A stretch of DNA of 64,000 bases from Escherichia coli (GCF_024223415.1 NZ_CP100500.1), one strand, 5' to 3'; shown: positions 29,451 to 39,021, counted from the first letter of the stretch. Numbers and translations are program-made. Notes: a model not told the origin generated them from the letters alone.

Positions 29451-30100
29451 TTATGTAATCCTTCCCGTTCATCCAGCAACGCGTTTATCTGGTTCCGCCA
29501 GCGACGACATTGTCCTGCGTTGTCGATGATGTTGGCGAGAACGTCACGCTGGGAGACACCCGAATCGCGTAACCGGGTATCAGCGGTTTCAGGTTGCCCG
29601 GTCGCTGCGCCAGTGCCGGTGCCAGCGGTGGCAGTTGCGTCTGAATGACCGGTGTCGACGGATGCGTTGTCATATCCGAGTGCGGCGTTGTACTGGCGCA
29701 CGAAACCGCGAGTAAACACGCACTCAATGGGATGGCTCTTACCTTTTTCATCAATCCAGCGCTGTGTGACATCGTTAATTTGCCCCTGTAGTTGTTTGTT
29801 CCGGCTCTCCAGTTGAGCAATCTGCTCAAGGTAACTGGCTTCAGCCCGTTGCCCGGCGGCTACCTGCTCCTGATACCGTTTTGCCCATGCTCGCAATGCA
29901 GCGTTCTCAAGCATTGCCTGCTCCGTTTTGTATGTGTCGAATGCTGACTGCAACTCACTGATCGCCTTATCGCCGTTGCGCGTGGCGTTTTCATGCCCGC
30001 TTTTGTAGCCCAGGTAATAAAGTCCAATCAGAAAAGCATTTATGAGCACTGCCAGCAGCAGACTGCGCCACGGCAGATTTTTTAGCAGGTTAGTCCACAC
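29447..30100 (-). CDS. inner-membrane spanin candidate (Rz-like)
   Basis: N-terminal TM helix, long coiled-coil, sits after the endolysin; contains an embedded lipoprotein ORF. Confidence 0.6.
   Translation of the reverse strand: MWTNLLKNLPWRSLLLAVLINAFLIGLYYLGYKSGHENATRNGDKAISELQSAFDTYKTEQAMLENAALRAWAKRYQEQVAAGQRAEASYLEQIAQLESRNKQLQGQINDVTQRWIDEKGKSHPIECVFTRGFVRQYNAALGYDNASVDTGHSDATATAGTGTGAATGQPETADTRLRDSGVSQRDVLANIIDNAGQCRRWRNQINALLDEREGLHK
29485..29751 (-). CDS. outer-membrane spanin candidate (Rz1-like lipoprotein), embedded in the Rz-like gene
   Basis: MKKVRAIPLSACLLAVSC lipobox-type signal then proline-rich sequence, in the +1 frame inside 29447-30100. Confidence 0.5.
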   Translation of the reverse strand: MKKVRAIPLSACLLAVSCASTTPHSDMTTHPSTPVIQTQLPPLAPALAQRPGNLKPLIPGYAIRVSPSVTFSPTSSTTQDNVVAGGTR

Positions 30101-30824
30101 AGCTGCCGCCCCCCCATGTCAGATAACGGGGGGCCAGTTCGTGCAGGATGCGCTGCGGATAATGACGGTTCTCCCGCCAGCTGGCAGCATTGCGTCCGGC
30201 ATTCACCGTGGCGACATGTCCGAACCAGCGCTGACTGTCCAGCCCCAGATTTGCGGCGAGCCGCTGGTCACGACGCACCCAGCCCGGGCCACCGTTATAG
30301 CCCGACAGTGTCATGGCCATACGCTCGCAGTCACTGGCGGCGCTGATGCGCTGCCACAGCCAGCGGTCATAGCTGACCAGCGCCCGGATGGCCCATGCCG
30401 GATTAAACGGCTCACGACTGCTCAGCGCCGGCATCAACTGGCTTATCCAGTCAGCGGTGGCGGGCATAAACTGCGCCAGCCCCTGAGCGCCCACCGGCGA
30501 GACCGCATCAGGCCGCCAGCCGCTTTCCTGATGCAGTTGCGCGGCGAAATCGGCCACCGGCGCAGACAGCCCCCATTCAAGCCGGGCATTACGGATCACA
30601 TCATCGCGATACTGCAGCGCAGCCTGCGGAGGCTGCGCTGCGCGGGCCTGACTGAAGAAGCCGCCACACCAGAGCAACATTGCGACAAAGAATACCCATG
30701 CCATATGAACCAGAAAGGTCCCGACACGGACTGACAGGCGTTCGGTTCTGATGAAGACCAGAAAGGCTTCGAAAGCCAGTTTCAGGGACATGCATACAAT
30801 CCAGGTGCTCTGTGGCCAGTTCAT
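30090..30824 (-). CDS. endolysin, lytic transglycosylase type, with N-terminal membrane anchor/SAR-like segment
   Basis: SLT-like catalytic region (..EWGLSA..QLHQESGW..); hydrophobic N-terminus; true start may be ATG 30704. Confidence 0.75.
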   Translation of the reverse strand: MNWPQSTWIVCMSLKLAFEAFLVFIRTERLSVRVGTFLVHMAWVFFVAMLLWCGGFFSQARAAQPPQAALQYRDDVIRNARLEWGLSAPVADFAAQLHQESGWRPDAVSPVGAQGLAQFMPATADWISQLMPALSSREPFNPAWAIRALVSYDRWLWQRISAASDCERMAMTLSGYNGGPGWVRRDQRLAANLGLDSQRWFGHVATVNAGRNAASWRENRHYPQRILHELAPRYLTWGGGSCVD

Positions 30825-30826
30825 GA

Positions 30827-31177
30827 TTAAAGCCCCATCGCAACAGCCAGACAGACAGCTGCAACAATCAGTGCACGGCGGATTAACGCAGCAGAAAAAA
30901 CCAGGTGAAGGCCGGTCTGTACGGGCCAGCGCCCCTCAGCCATGAGGCGCTCGTCATGCTTCAGGTACTGCCCCGGACGGGCCTTCGGGAAGAGTGAGCG
31001 GTCCAGCCAGTAGCCGAGCACGGCGGCGAGGGAGATGAGAGAGAGCTTGTACACCACCACCGGCAACTGCTGGGGCGAGACCAGCGCGATGATGAGGAGT
31101 AGCAGCACGGCCGCAACAAGCCATCCACGCAGGCGGGTTTTTTGTACGTCAGCGATAAGGGAAGTGAATGGTTTCAT
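30827..31177 (-). CDS. holin-like membrane protein, first gene of the leftward late operon
   Basis: 116 aa with 2-3 predicted TM helices directly upstream of the endolysin. Confidence 0.55.
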   Translation of the reverse strand: MKPFTSLIADVQKTRLRGWLVAAVLLLLIIALVSPQQLPVVVYKLSLISLAAVLGYWLDRSLFPKARPGQYLKHDERLMAEGRWPVQTGLHLVFSAALIRRALIVAAVCLAVAMGL

Positions 31178-31308
31178 GAAAATGTCTCCTTGTTGTGTGG
31201 AGACAGCATGGCAAAAGCGTGGCGCGGAGGATTTTAAAGCGCGTTAAGAGAGAGGCGTGTTCGGGGTATGCAGAATACACGCTGGATCACTCACAAAGGA
31301 GATACAGA

Positions 31309-31857
31309 ATGACAGTCACACCGAAGCCGACCATCACCGTCAGAGTGTCCGGGCCTGTGGGCAGCGGTAAAAGTTACGTTCTGACGCGTATAAAAGAGAT
31401 GGTGAAAAAGGAATTTGGAAAAAGCGTCATTGTCGATGCCGCAGTTGTGGACGACGAGCGTATCTGTCGGACGAATGAGCTGCTTCAGGAGCAACTCATG
31501 AAGGTGTTACGCAAACTCACCGGTCAGACAACAAAATGTTTTTCAGCCCCGGAGTACGGGATACAGGAACACATCCCGGTGAACATGCCCCCCGTTAACC
31601 AGCCTCCCCGGTTCTTCGACGAATACATTCTGACACCGGAAAATAAAGCTGAGCATGAAGAGATCAAAGCGGCGTTGTTCCGGGAAATCAGGAAGATTGC
31701 TGAAATGCAGCTGGAGGGCGGGCTGGACAGAGTGATGGCGAGAGGAGAATGGGAATCGCTGTTTGAAAGAGTTTCCCCGGAATTGCTTCCCCTCGCACTG
31801 GCTATCGGGATTATGCAGACAGCGGATAAACCTCACTTACGTTCATTAAACACGTAA
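31309..31857 (+). CDS. small P-loop NTPase/kinase-like protein, unknown function
   Basis: Walker A GPVGSGKS at residues 14-21, hhhhDD-type VIVDAAVVDDE; AAGGAG RBS 7 nt before ATG; opposite strand to the flanking late genes. Confidence 0.6.
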   Translation: MTVTPKPTITVRVSGPVGSGKSYVLTRIKEMVKKEFGKSVIVDAAVVDDERICRTNELLQEQLMKVLRKLTGQTTKCFSAPEYGIQEHIPVNMPPVNQPPRFFDEYILTPENKAEHEEIKAALFREIRKIAEMQLEGGLDRVMARGEWESLFERVSPELLPLALAIGIMQTADKPHLRSLNT

Positions 31858-32237
31858 CGCATAATCCGGGATACGCATTCAGCGATGACTGCATTTTCAC
31901 CGGTTTTTACTGCATCCAGAAGTGACTCTTTAAATGGTACGGGCCGGGGCTGCAGAAAGGTCGGCATGGCATTGAGCAGACAGAGCGTTTTTTCCGTGAG
32001 GACGACATCAGCCGCTCCCACAGCCAGCAACTGAGAGTAACGAATATAGCTGTTATCCCGAAGCCATATCAGCGTATCAATAAAATACCGGCACTTTTTC
32101 TGATCGTGATCAACCTGGTCCGGGATATCGAAAAAACCAGAATAAATCAAAACCTGAGGAGCCGGATGCGTGTTCAGTAATCGGCAGAATATTTTGCCGG
32201 TGAGTACATAAAAATCATCATTTAAGGAGTGCATCAT
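31833..32237 (-). CDS. hypothetical protein (134 aa)
   Basis: ORF convergent with the P-loop gene (25-nt 3' overlap) and divergent from the next gene; weak RBS; coding status uncertain. Confidence 0.4.
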   Translation of the reverse strand: MMHSLNDDFYVLTGKIFCRLLNTHPAPQVLIYSGFFDIPDQVDHDQKKCRYFIDTLIWLRDNSYIRYSQLLAVGAADVVLTEKTLCLLNAMPTFLQPRPVPFKESLLDAVKTGENAVIAECVSRIMRYVFNERK

Positions 32238-32451
32238 GAATCCCCGATTAACGTTAACAGAACATCAGCGCCGTGCCGAAGCAGTGAACAATGTTCTGGA
32301 AGATATTATCCGGTTACATCGCGGAGAACTGAGTGTCTGTCGTGCCACTGTTCATTTTCAGGAAATACAAAAGCAGTTTGATACTTCTGTTTTTGCAGAA
32401 GGGATCACTTATGCCCTGGACCAGATAAGGTCAGAAAATCGCCCCGGATAA
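32236..32451 (+). CDS. small hypothetical protein (71 aa)
   Basis: AAGGAG RBS 6 nt upstream of ATG; start overlaps the start of the divergent ORF by 2 nt. Confidence 0.5.
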   Translation: MNPRLTLTEHQRRAEAVNNVLEDIIRLHRGELSVCRATVHFQEIQKQFDTSVFAEGITYALDQIRSENRPG

Positions 32452-32643
32452 TCCCTAAACCACATTAACAGAAATCACTTCATCCCTGCCGCATCATGAA
32501 AGAACGACCAGCCCGGTGCTTCGGACCCACCAGGCTGGCCATCGTCCCACAGGAATGCGCTGTGAGCCGACCGGGGTTCAGTCAGTCTCGCGAGACCAGA
32601 CTAGCCTGCCATATTTTTAATAATTGTAAAAGGCTTACAGATT

Positions 32644-33408
32644 ATGAAAATGCAGACATTACCCATCGTTCCATGGATTGGTGGCAAACGTCGCCTGGCA
32701 AAACACATCCTGCCGCTGTTTCCGGCGCATGAATGTTACGTGGAGCCGTTCTGCGGCGCAGCAGCGCTCTATTTTCTTAAGACACCTGGTAAGCTCGAAG
32801 TCATTAACGATATCAATGGTGAACTGGTAAATCTGTATCGGGTGGTAAAACATCATCTGGAAGAATTTGTCCGCCAGTTCAAATGGGCGCTGGTCAGCCG
32901 GCAGATCTACAAATGGCTGCAGATCACCCCGACAGAAACACTGACGGATATCCAGCGTGCAGCACGGTTCTACTACCTCCAGAAGCAGGCGTTTGGCGGC
33001 AAGGTGGCAGAGCACAGCTTCGGCACCTCCACCACATCCCCGCCACGCTTCAACCTGCTGCGTATCGAGGAAGAACTGTCAGCGGCACACCTGCGGCTTT
33101 CCAGAACGGTGATAGAACACATGGACTGGCAACAGTGCATTGAGCGCTATGACCGTCCGCACACGCTGTTCTACTGTGACCCGCCGTATCTGGGTACAGA
33201 AGGCTATGGTGTGGATTTTCCTGAAGGGAACTACTCGCGGCTGGCAGAGCTGGCCCGGTGCATCAGAGGAAAGATGATAATTTCGGTGAACGACATCCCG
33301 CAGATGCGCGAGGTGTTCACTGGACTGAACATACAGACAGTGAACATCAACTACAGTCTGGCAGGCAAATCAACTCCACGCCGTGAGCTGGTGATCTGCA
33401 ATTTCTAA
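32644..33408 (+). CDS. DNA N6-adenine methyltransferase (Dam-like)
   Basis: Motifs FCGAAALYF and DPPY; 254 aa; no partner nuclease gene adjacent. Confidence 0.85.
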   Translation: MKMQTLPIVPWIGGKRRLAKHILPLFPAHECYVEPFCGAAALYFLKTPGKLEVINDINGELVNLYRVVKHHLEEFVRQFKWALVSRQIYKWLQITPTETLTDIQRAARFYYLQKQAFGGKVAEHSFGTSTTSPPRFNLLRIEEELSAAHLRLSRTVIEHMDWQQCIERYDRPHTLFYCDPPYLGTEGYGVDFPEGNYSRLAELARCIRGKMIISVNDIPQMREVFTGLNIQTVNINYSLAGKSTPRRELVICNF

Positions 33409-33526
33409 AAGCCATAACCGGAAAGTACAGTGCTTTCCGGTAAGCCCGCCGATTTCTGCCATGCTACTGACGGCGTTTTCTGAAAGCATCCAGATCAACC
33501 ACCTGTCCTTTCTGTCCAGGTCAGAA

Positions 33527-33865
33527 TCAGCCTGCGAGTTTGCCTGGTTTGGGTTGAATGAAGACTTTGCCGACCTCAAGAATTGCCCTCCGTTGTTCGG
33601 GGCTCATCTCGTCGAATGCATCCATTAACTCTTTCTTTTCTTGTGACATATAAGGTGCAACAACAGGCTGACTCCGCACCCCAGTAACTACATACAAAAC
33701 ATCTACACCGATTTCTGATAGTGCAGATAACTGCACTGCAGTAGGAGAAGTGCGATCTTTTTCCCAATCAATAAAAGTTCTCTTTGCCACACCGATAGCA
33801 TCAGCCAACCCTTGCTGTGTAAGAGATAGACGCTCTCTTTCTTCTTTAATACGTAACCCGATCAT
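33527..33865 (-). CDS. XRE-family HTH regulator, prophage repressor candidate (c-like)
   Basis: Cro/CI-type HTH (LTQQGLADAIGVAKRTFIDWEKDR); divergent from the early operon; start set at ATG 33865 so it does not overlap the Ner-like gene. Confidence 0.65.
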   Translation of the reverse strand: MIGLRIKEERERLSLTQQGLADAIGVAKRTFIDWEKDRTSPTAVQLSALSEIGVDVLYVVTGVRSQPVVAPYMSQEKKELMDAFDEMSPEQRRAILEVGKVFIQPKPGKLAG

Positions 33866-33965
33866 GTGAGTTTTTCTGCACTCTTTAAGTTGACTGGTGA
33901 GATAATCTGCACCATAATCTATCACACATAAGGCAAACATCATTGCATCAACAAAGGAGACAACG
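33866..33965. promoter_or_regulatory. divergent early control region between repressor and Ner-like gene
   Basis: 100-bp AT-rich spacer with repeated CTGCAC motifs; geometry matches the Mu c/ner switch. Confidence 0.4.
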
Positions 33966-34154
33966 ATGACTGCAGAACAAGTCAAAGCTCTCTTCCGCCA
34001 GCGCGGGATCACTTTCACCCGCTGGGCAGAAGAAAACGGCTACAACCGCAATGAGGTATACCGCGTTCTCAATGGGCAGAGCAAAGCACGTTACGGTAAA
34101 TCCCATGAAATCGCCGTGAAACTGGGGCTGAAATCAACAGCTCAGGCAGCCTGA
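33966..34154 (+). CDS. Ner-like small DNA-binding protein
   Basis: 62 aa; residue pattern parallels Mu Ner; AAAGGAG RBS. Confidence 0.55.
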   Translation: MTAEQVKALFRQRGITFTRWAEENGYNRNEVYRVLNGQSKARYGKSHEIAVKLGLKSTAQAA

Positions 34155-34206
34155 ATATTTTGATTCTTTGTAAAAGGTTATCACATATCGCAAAAGAGGT
34201 ATGCAG

Positions 34207-34515
34207 ATGAGTAAGACGAATGTTTCAAGCTCCGGCAGTCGCATCCTCCGGGTACTCAAAGCGCTGCGCGGTCATGCCCTGAACGGTATTTCCAATGGTG
34301 AACTGGCGGCAGCACTGCACGAGTCACCGGCAAACATCAACCGGGCACTCAACACCCTCATTGAAGAAGGACTGGCCCTGAAACTGGAAAACGGGCGTTT
34401 CGCACCGGGCATCCAGTTGCTGCAGATCGCCATGGCCCACAGTAACGAGATGGCACGTGCACAGGATCGCATTAACGAAATCAACCAACGTGTCATTTCA
34501 GGTAGTCGTTTGTAA
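34207..34515 (+). CDS. winged-helix DNA-binding protein, hypothetical
   Basis: About 102 aa; HTH-like ISNGELAAALHESPANINRALNTL. Confidence 0.5.
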   Translation: MSKTNVSSSGSRILRVLKALRGHALNGISNGELAAALHESPANINRALNTLIEEGLALKLENGRFAPGIQLLQIAMAHSNEMARAQDRINEINQRVISGSRL

Positions 34516-34525
34516 GGAGTAATCA

Positions 34526-35443
34526 ATGGGACGCACCAAATCACCGGTTAACACTGAACTGAACGCCGAGGTACCGCTGTCGGATGATCTCAACGTCAGC
34601 CTGAATGCCATGACACAGCATCGCATGGAGATCATGCAGCAGTTTGGTGATGGACTGCCTTATGAACGTGATCGCATCGTTCACGAAGCACGTTTTTATA
34701 TGGCGCAGAGTGCTGAATCTATGCTGGAAGCGGGTAAACGGCTGATCATCTTAAAAGAAAATGAGCCACACGGGGACTTTGTTGGAATTGTAGAAGAACA
34801 ACTTGGTTTGCACGTGCGCGCAGCACAACGAATGATGAAAGCATCTTTGAAATACCTTTCACCAAAACTAGAGCCAAAAGCGACAACGTTGTCGCTTTTG
34901 GGTAAGGCAAAATTATTTGAACTTGTTGCTGAAGACGATGAAGACCTTGCCGAACTGGCCGACGGCGGCACAGTTGCCGGCCTGACGCTTGATGATGTTG
35001 ATCGCATGTCAGTACGTGAACTTCGCCAGGCCCTGCGTGAAGCGCGCGAAACTAACGCAGCTCAGCAACAGGTGCTTGCCGGAAAGGACGAAAAAATCAA
35101 CGAACTGGCCACAAAACTGGAGAAGAAATCCCGTATTCAACCGCCTGAGCCTGATGAAGAGGTGAAGAAGCTGCGGGCGGAAGTGACCGCATTAGCGGTT
35201 GAGGCGGAATCTGCCATCGCCGTCCGGCTCTCCGGTGCCTTTGAAACCCTGTGTGAATACTGCAGTAAAAACATGATTGATACCCCCAGAGATTTCATGG
35301 CCGGTCTGGTCTGCCAGATTGAACGCAGTGTTCATGCATTGCGTGAGACGTTCGACCTTGATGCCGCACCATCGGGTAACGATGCCCCCGCCTGGCTGAC
35401 CGAACCGGAGCCTGAAATCAACCGACCGGAGGGCATGCAGTAA
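34526..35443 (+). CDS. hypothetical early protein (305 aa)
   Basis: ORF in the early operon; acidic coiled-coil regions. Confidence 0.55.
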   Translation: MGRTKSPVNTELNAEVPLSDDLNVSLNAMTQHRMEIMQQFGDGLPYERDRIVHEARFYMAQSAESMLEAGKRLIILKENEPHGDFVGIVEEQLGLHVRAAQRMMKASLKYLSPKLEPKATTLSLLGKAKLFELVAEDDEDLAELADGGTVAGLTLDDVDRMSVRELRQALREARETNAAQQQVLAGKDEKINELATKLEKKSRIQPPEPDEEVKKLRAEVTALAVEAESAIAVRLSGAFETLCEYCSKNMIDTPRDFMAGLVCQIERSVHALRETFDLDAAPSGNDAPAWLTEPEPEINRPEGMQ

Positions 35444-35760
35444 TGAACACGGATAACACACAAAATATCCTGATGGACAGCCCGGAAGCACTGGGGCACG
35501 CACTGTGTAATCTGCTGCCGGAGATGGTGCAGGGTTTCCGCGTGGTGACACCTTCCGGTGAAATCTGCGTACCCGCACAGGAGGCGCATCCGTTTGTACT
35601 GACGATGGAAGTGATGCTGATGCAGCAGATAAGACGTCTGCAGCATCAGTCAGCATTGCGCCCGGCAGTTGCGCCGCAACCGGTAAATAACGTGGTGAAA
35701 ACCTGCGATGGCGAAACACTGTACGACCTCGCCAGAAAAATTGCCGCCAGAATCGGATAA
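35443..35760 (+). CDS. hypothetical early protein (105 aa)
   Basis: ATGA stop-start overlap with the upstream gene. Confidence 0.5.
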   Translation: MNTDNTQNILMDSPEALGHALCNLLPEMVQGFRVVTPSGEICVPAQEAHPFVLTMEVMLMQQIRRLQHQSALRPAVAPQPVNNVVKTCDGETLYDLARKIAARIG

Positions 35761-35775
35761 CAGGGAAGACAAGCT

Positions 35776-37545
35776 ATGACCCCGGCACTGACTGAAAAAC
35801 TTGTTGAAACAGCCCGCGCGGCACGTAATGCAGGGCATGGTAAACGCGGTGCAATATACGACGCTGCCTGTGCTGAACTTGGCATGTCCCGCGCCACTCT
35901 GCTGCGCAGGCTGAAGGAGGTCTCTGTGACTGATAAACGCAAAAAACGCGCCGATGCCGGACGCAGCACCCTGACCCGCGACGAAGCCGCGCTGATATCT
36001 GCCACACTACGTGAGGCCACCCGCAAGAACGGTAAGCGTCTCTATTCCATCGCGGATGCAGTGGAAACCCTGCGGGCTAACGGCTTTATCTCCGCAGGCA
36101 GAACAGATGAAACCACCGGTGAGTTTTTCCCGTTGTCCGAAGATGCCATCAGTCGTGCCCTGCGTAACTATGGCCTGCACCCGGAACAACTGGATGCCCC
36201 TGCACCGCATACCGAAGTGGCCAGTCTGCACCCCAATCATGTCTGGCAGATTGACGCCTCACTCTGCACGCTTTACTACCTGAGCAATGGACATAAAGGG
36301 CTGCAGGTGATGGACAGCGCGAAATTCTACAAGAACAAGCCCGCTAACCTTGCCCGTATCGCCAGTGACCGCGTGTGGAGTTACGAGATTACCGACCATG
36401 CCAGCGGCTGGATTTACGTTGAGTATGTGACGGGTGCGGAATCCGGTGAGAACCTGTGTTCTGTGCTTATCAACGCCATGCAGGAGCGTGGCGGCGCAGA
36501 CGTGCTGCACGGCGTGCCAAAAATACTCTATCTCGACCCCGGCTCGGCAAACACCGCGGGTATGACGAAAAACATGTGCCGCTCACTGGGCATCGACCTG
36601 ATAGCGCACAAGCCGCATAACGCCCGCGCCACCGGACAGGTGGAAAAGGCGCGTGACATTATCGAACGCAAGCTGGAGCCGGGTCTGAAGTTCCGGCCGG
36701 TTCACAGTCTGGAAGAACTCAACGCGCTGGCCGCGAAATGGCGCAGCCACTTTAACGCCACGGCTGTTCACAGCCGCCACGGTAAAACCCGCACGGATAT
36801 CTGGCTGAAGATTACTGCTGAGCAGCTGAAAAAAGCGCCTTCCGTTGAGGTATGTCGTGAACTGGCTGTGGCGGCACCAGAACTCCGCAAAGTCACGCCA
36901 AAACTTCGTGTCTCGTTCCGGGGCACTGAATTTGACGTATCAACGGTACCGGGCGTACTGGTCGGTGAAAAACTGATGATTACCCGTAACCCGTGGCGCA
37001 GCGATGTGGCACAGGTGGTTCTGACCGGTGAGGACGGCCACGAGACGTTCTTCCTGGTCGAAGAGGTCAGAAAGAACGAGTTTGGCTTTGCTGAAGGCGC
37101 GGCGGTATTTGGCGAAAGTTACAAAGCCCTGCCGGAAACCCCGGCGCAGATGGCGGCAAAAGAAACCGAAGCGCTGGTCACCGGTACAGACAACGCCGCA
37201 GATGCAGCTGCCGCACGCAAGGCGAAGGCGCTGCCGTTCGGCGGGCGGCTTGACCCGTATAAACATATTGATGACGCCACACTTCCGGCCTGTATACCGA
37301 AGCGTGGTCAGGCCTCTGACGTACGCGGACCGCGCACTGAACAGCGTCCCATGACTCATGTGGAGGCCGCGAAAGCCCTGCGCGGGAAGTTTAGCGCAAA
37401 CGGCCTGACCTGGACGCCGGAACATTACCGCCAGTTAACGGCACAGTACCCGGACGGCGTACCGGAAGCCGCACTGGATGAAGTCATGGCCACGCTGACC
37501 ACGCCGGCCCGCAGCAGCGTTATCAGCATTGTTAACGGCAACTGA
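35776..37545 (+). CDS. DDE transposase (Mu A-like)
   Basis: 589 aa; N-terminal HTH, integrase-core-like region (HVWQIDASL...), followed by the B-like ATPase. Confidence 0.85.
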   Translation: MTPALTEKLVETARAARNAGHGKRGAIYDAACAELGMSRATLLRRLKEVSVTDKRKKRADAGRSTLTRDEAALISATLREATRKNGKRLYSIADAVETLRANGFISAGRTDETTGEFFPLSEDAISRALRNYGLHPEQLDAPAPHTEVASLHPNHVWQIDASLCTLYYLSNGHKGLQVMDSAKFYKNKPANLARIASDRVWSYEITDHASGWIYVEYVTGAESGENLCSVLINAMQERGGADVLHGVPKILYLDPGSANTAGMTKNMCRSLGIDLIAHKPHNARATGQVEKARDIIERKLEPGLKFRPVHSLEELNALAAKWRSHFNATAVHSRHGKTRTDIWLKITAEQLKKAPSVEVCRELAVAAPELRKVTPKLRVSFRGTEFDVSTVPGVLVGEKLMITRNPWRSDVAQVVLTGEDGHETFFLVEEVRKNEFGFAEGAAVFGESYKALPETPAQMAAKETEALVTGTDNAADAAAARKAKALPFGGRLDPYKHIDDATLPACIPKRGQASDVRGPRTEQRPMTHVEAAKALRGKFSANGLTWTPEHYRQLTAQYPDGVPEAALDEVMATLTTPARSSVISIVNGN

Positions 37546-37555
37546 GGAGGGAAAC

Positions 37556-38722
37556 ATGCTGGTACTGAAGCAGCAACTGAAAGAGGCCCGTATTCCACAG
37601 GCGGTGGCGGCGAGAGCTGTCGATGTTTCTGAGGCCACGCTGGCCCAGATTGTGAATCATAACGCGTGGCCCCGCACCAGCCCCGGAGAAGTGCGCCGGC
37701 GTCTTGCGTCCTGGCTGGAAAGTCAGGGGATTGATACAACGAAGAGTTTTGATGCTGTACAGGGCGCGGCCACGCCCCGTACAGCGAGTACCACAGATAA
37801 AACGAGCCTCAGTGAGGAAGAGAATATGTTACTCAAAAAACAGGTGTTATTTCCAGCAACCAAAAAAGCGTTTGGTCTTTTCCGTGACCCGTTCGCCGAC
37901 GAAGCCATGCAGGGTTCTGATGATGTGTTCACCACCCCGGACATTCGCTACGTGCGTGAGGCGCTGTACCAGACAGCCCGTCATGGTGGGTTTATGGCCG
38001 TCATCGGTGAGTCCGGTGCGGGTAAATCCACGCTGCGCCGCGACCTGACTGAACGTATTAACCGCGAGAATGCGCCGGTAATTGTTATCGAGCCATACAT
38101 CATTGCCATGGAAGACAACGATGTGAAAGGGAAAACCCTGAAGGCTGCAGCGATTGCCGAAGCCATTATCAGTACCATCGCACCACTGGAAAGCATCAGA
38201 CGCAGTCAGGACGCCCGCTTTCGCCAGTTGCATCGCGTCCTGAAAGGCAGCAGCCAGGCGGGGTTCAGCCACGTTCTGGTGATTGAGGAGGCCCACAGTC
38301 TGCCCATTCCGACACTGAAACACCTCAAACGCTTTTTTGAGCTGGAGTCCGGTTTCAAAAAACTGCTGTCCATCGTGCTGATTGGCCAGCCGGAACTGGC
38401 GACAAAACTGTCTGAACGCAATATGGAAGTCCGTGAAGTCGTTCAGCGCTGTGAGGTGGTCGAACTTCTGCCTCTGGACAATAACCTTGAAGAATTTCTG
38501 ACGTTCAAACTGCAACGGGCCGGTAAACAACTGACGGACATTATGGACGCCAGCGCAGTGGATGCCATACGTGCCCGCCTGAGCAATCCGGGAAGTCATC
38601 GTAAAAATATGGTCAGCCTGCTGTATCCGCTGGCCGTCAGTAACCTGGTAATAGCCGCCATGAATCTGGCCGCTGAAATCGGGGTTCCACAGGTCAACGC
38701 TGACGTTGTCAAAGGAGTTTAA
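37556..38722 (+). CDS. transposition ATPase (Mu B-like, AAA+)
   Basis: Walker A GESGAGKST, Walker B HVLVIEEAH; GAGGAGG RBS before ATG 37556. Confidence 0.85.
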   Translation: MLVLKQQLKEARIPQAVAARAVDVSEATLAQIVNHNAWPRTSPGEVRRRLASWLESQGIDTTKSFDAVQGAATPRTASTTDKTSLSEEENMLLKKQVLFPATKKAFGLFRDPFADEAMQGSDDVFTTPDIRYVREALYQTARHGGFMAVIGESGAGKSTLRRDLTERINRENAPVIVIEPYIIAMEDNDVKGKTLKAAAIAEAIISTIAPLESIRRSQDARFRQLHRVLKGSSQAGFSHVLVIEEAHSLPIPTLKHLKRFFELESGFKKLLSIVLIGQPELATKLSERNMEVREVVQRCEVVELLPLDNNLEEFLTFKLQRAGKQLTDIMDASAVDAIRARLSNPGSHRKNMVSLLYPLAVSNLVIAAMNLAAEIGVPQVNADVVKGV

Positions 38723-38724
38723 TA

Positions 38725-38994
38725 ATGAAATCCACCACAGGTATCAACCAGCAAATCAGCAAAGTGCAGTCAGCCATTATGGCGCTTAAGGCGACGAACA
38801 CGGATGTACAAAGCATCACCATCAGGGGTAACAAACCTGTCATCCGCGTTTCCCGGAGTGCGCATTGCATGCGCATGCTTGAGCAGGGAAAGGCCTGTTA
38901 TCTGTATACCGGACATGACCACAGGGGATATTTCCGTCAGGGCGTTTTCGAACTGCACGGCTGTCGCGTCGTGTGGCCGGAATCTTTGTGGTAA
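38725..38994 (+). CDS. hypothetical early protein (kil-position)
   Basis: 89-aa ORF between B and gam. Confidence 0.5.
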   Translation: MKSTTGINQQISKVQSAIMALKATNTDVQSITIRGNKPVIRVSRSAHCMRMLEQGKACYLYTGHDHRGYFRQGVFELHGCRVVWPESLW

Positions 38995-39021
38995 TCAGCA
39001 CAACCGGAGAAATCATAAAAT

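Noticed and set aside
37847-38599. 250-aa minus-strand ORF
   Set aside because: Antisense to the B-like transposition ATPase gene.
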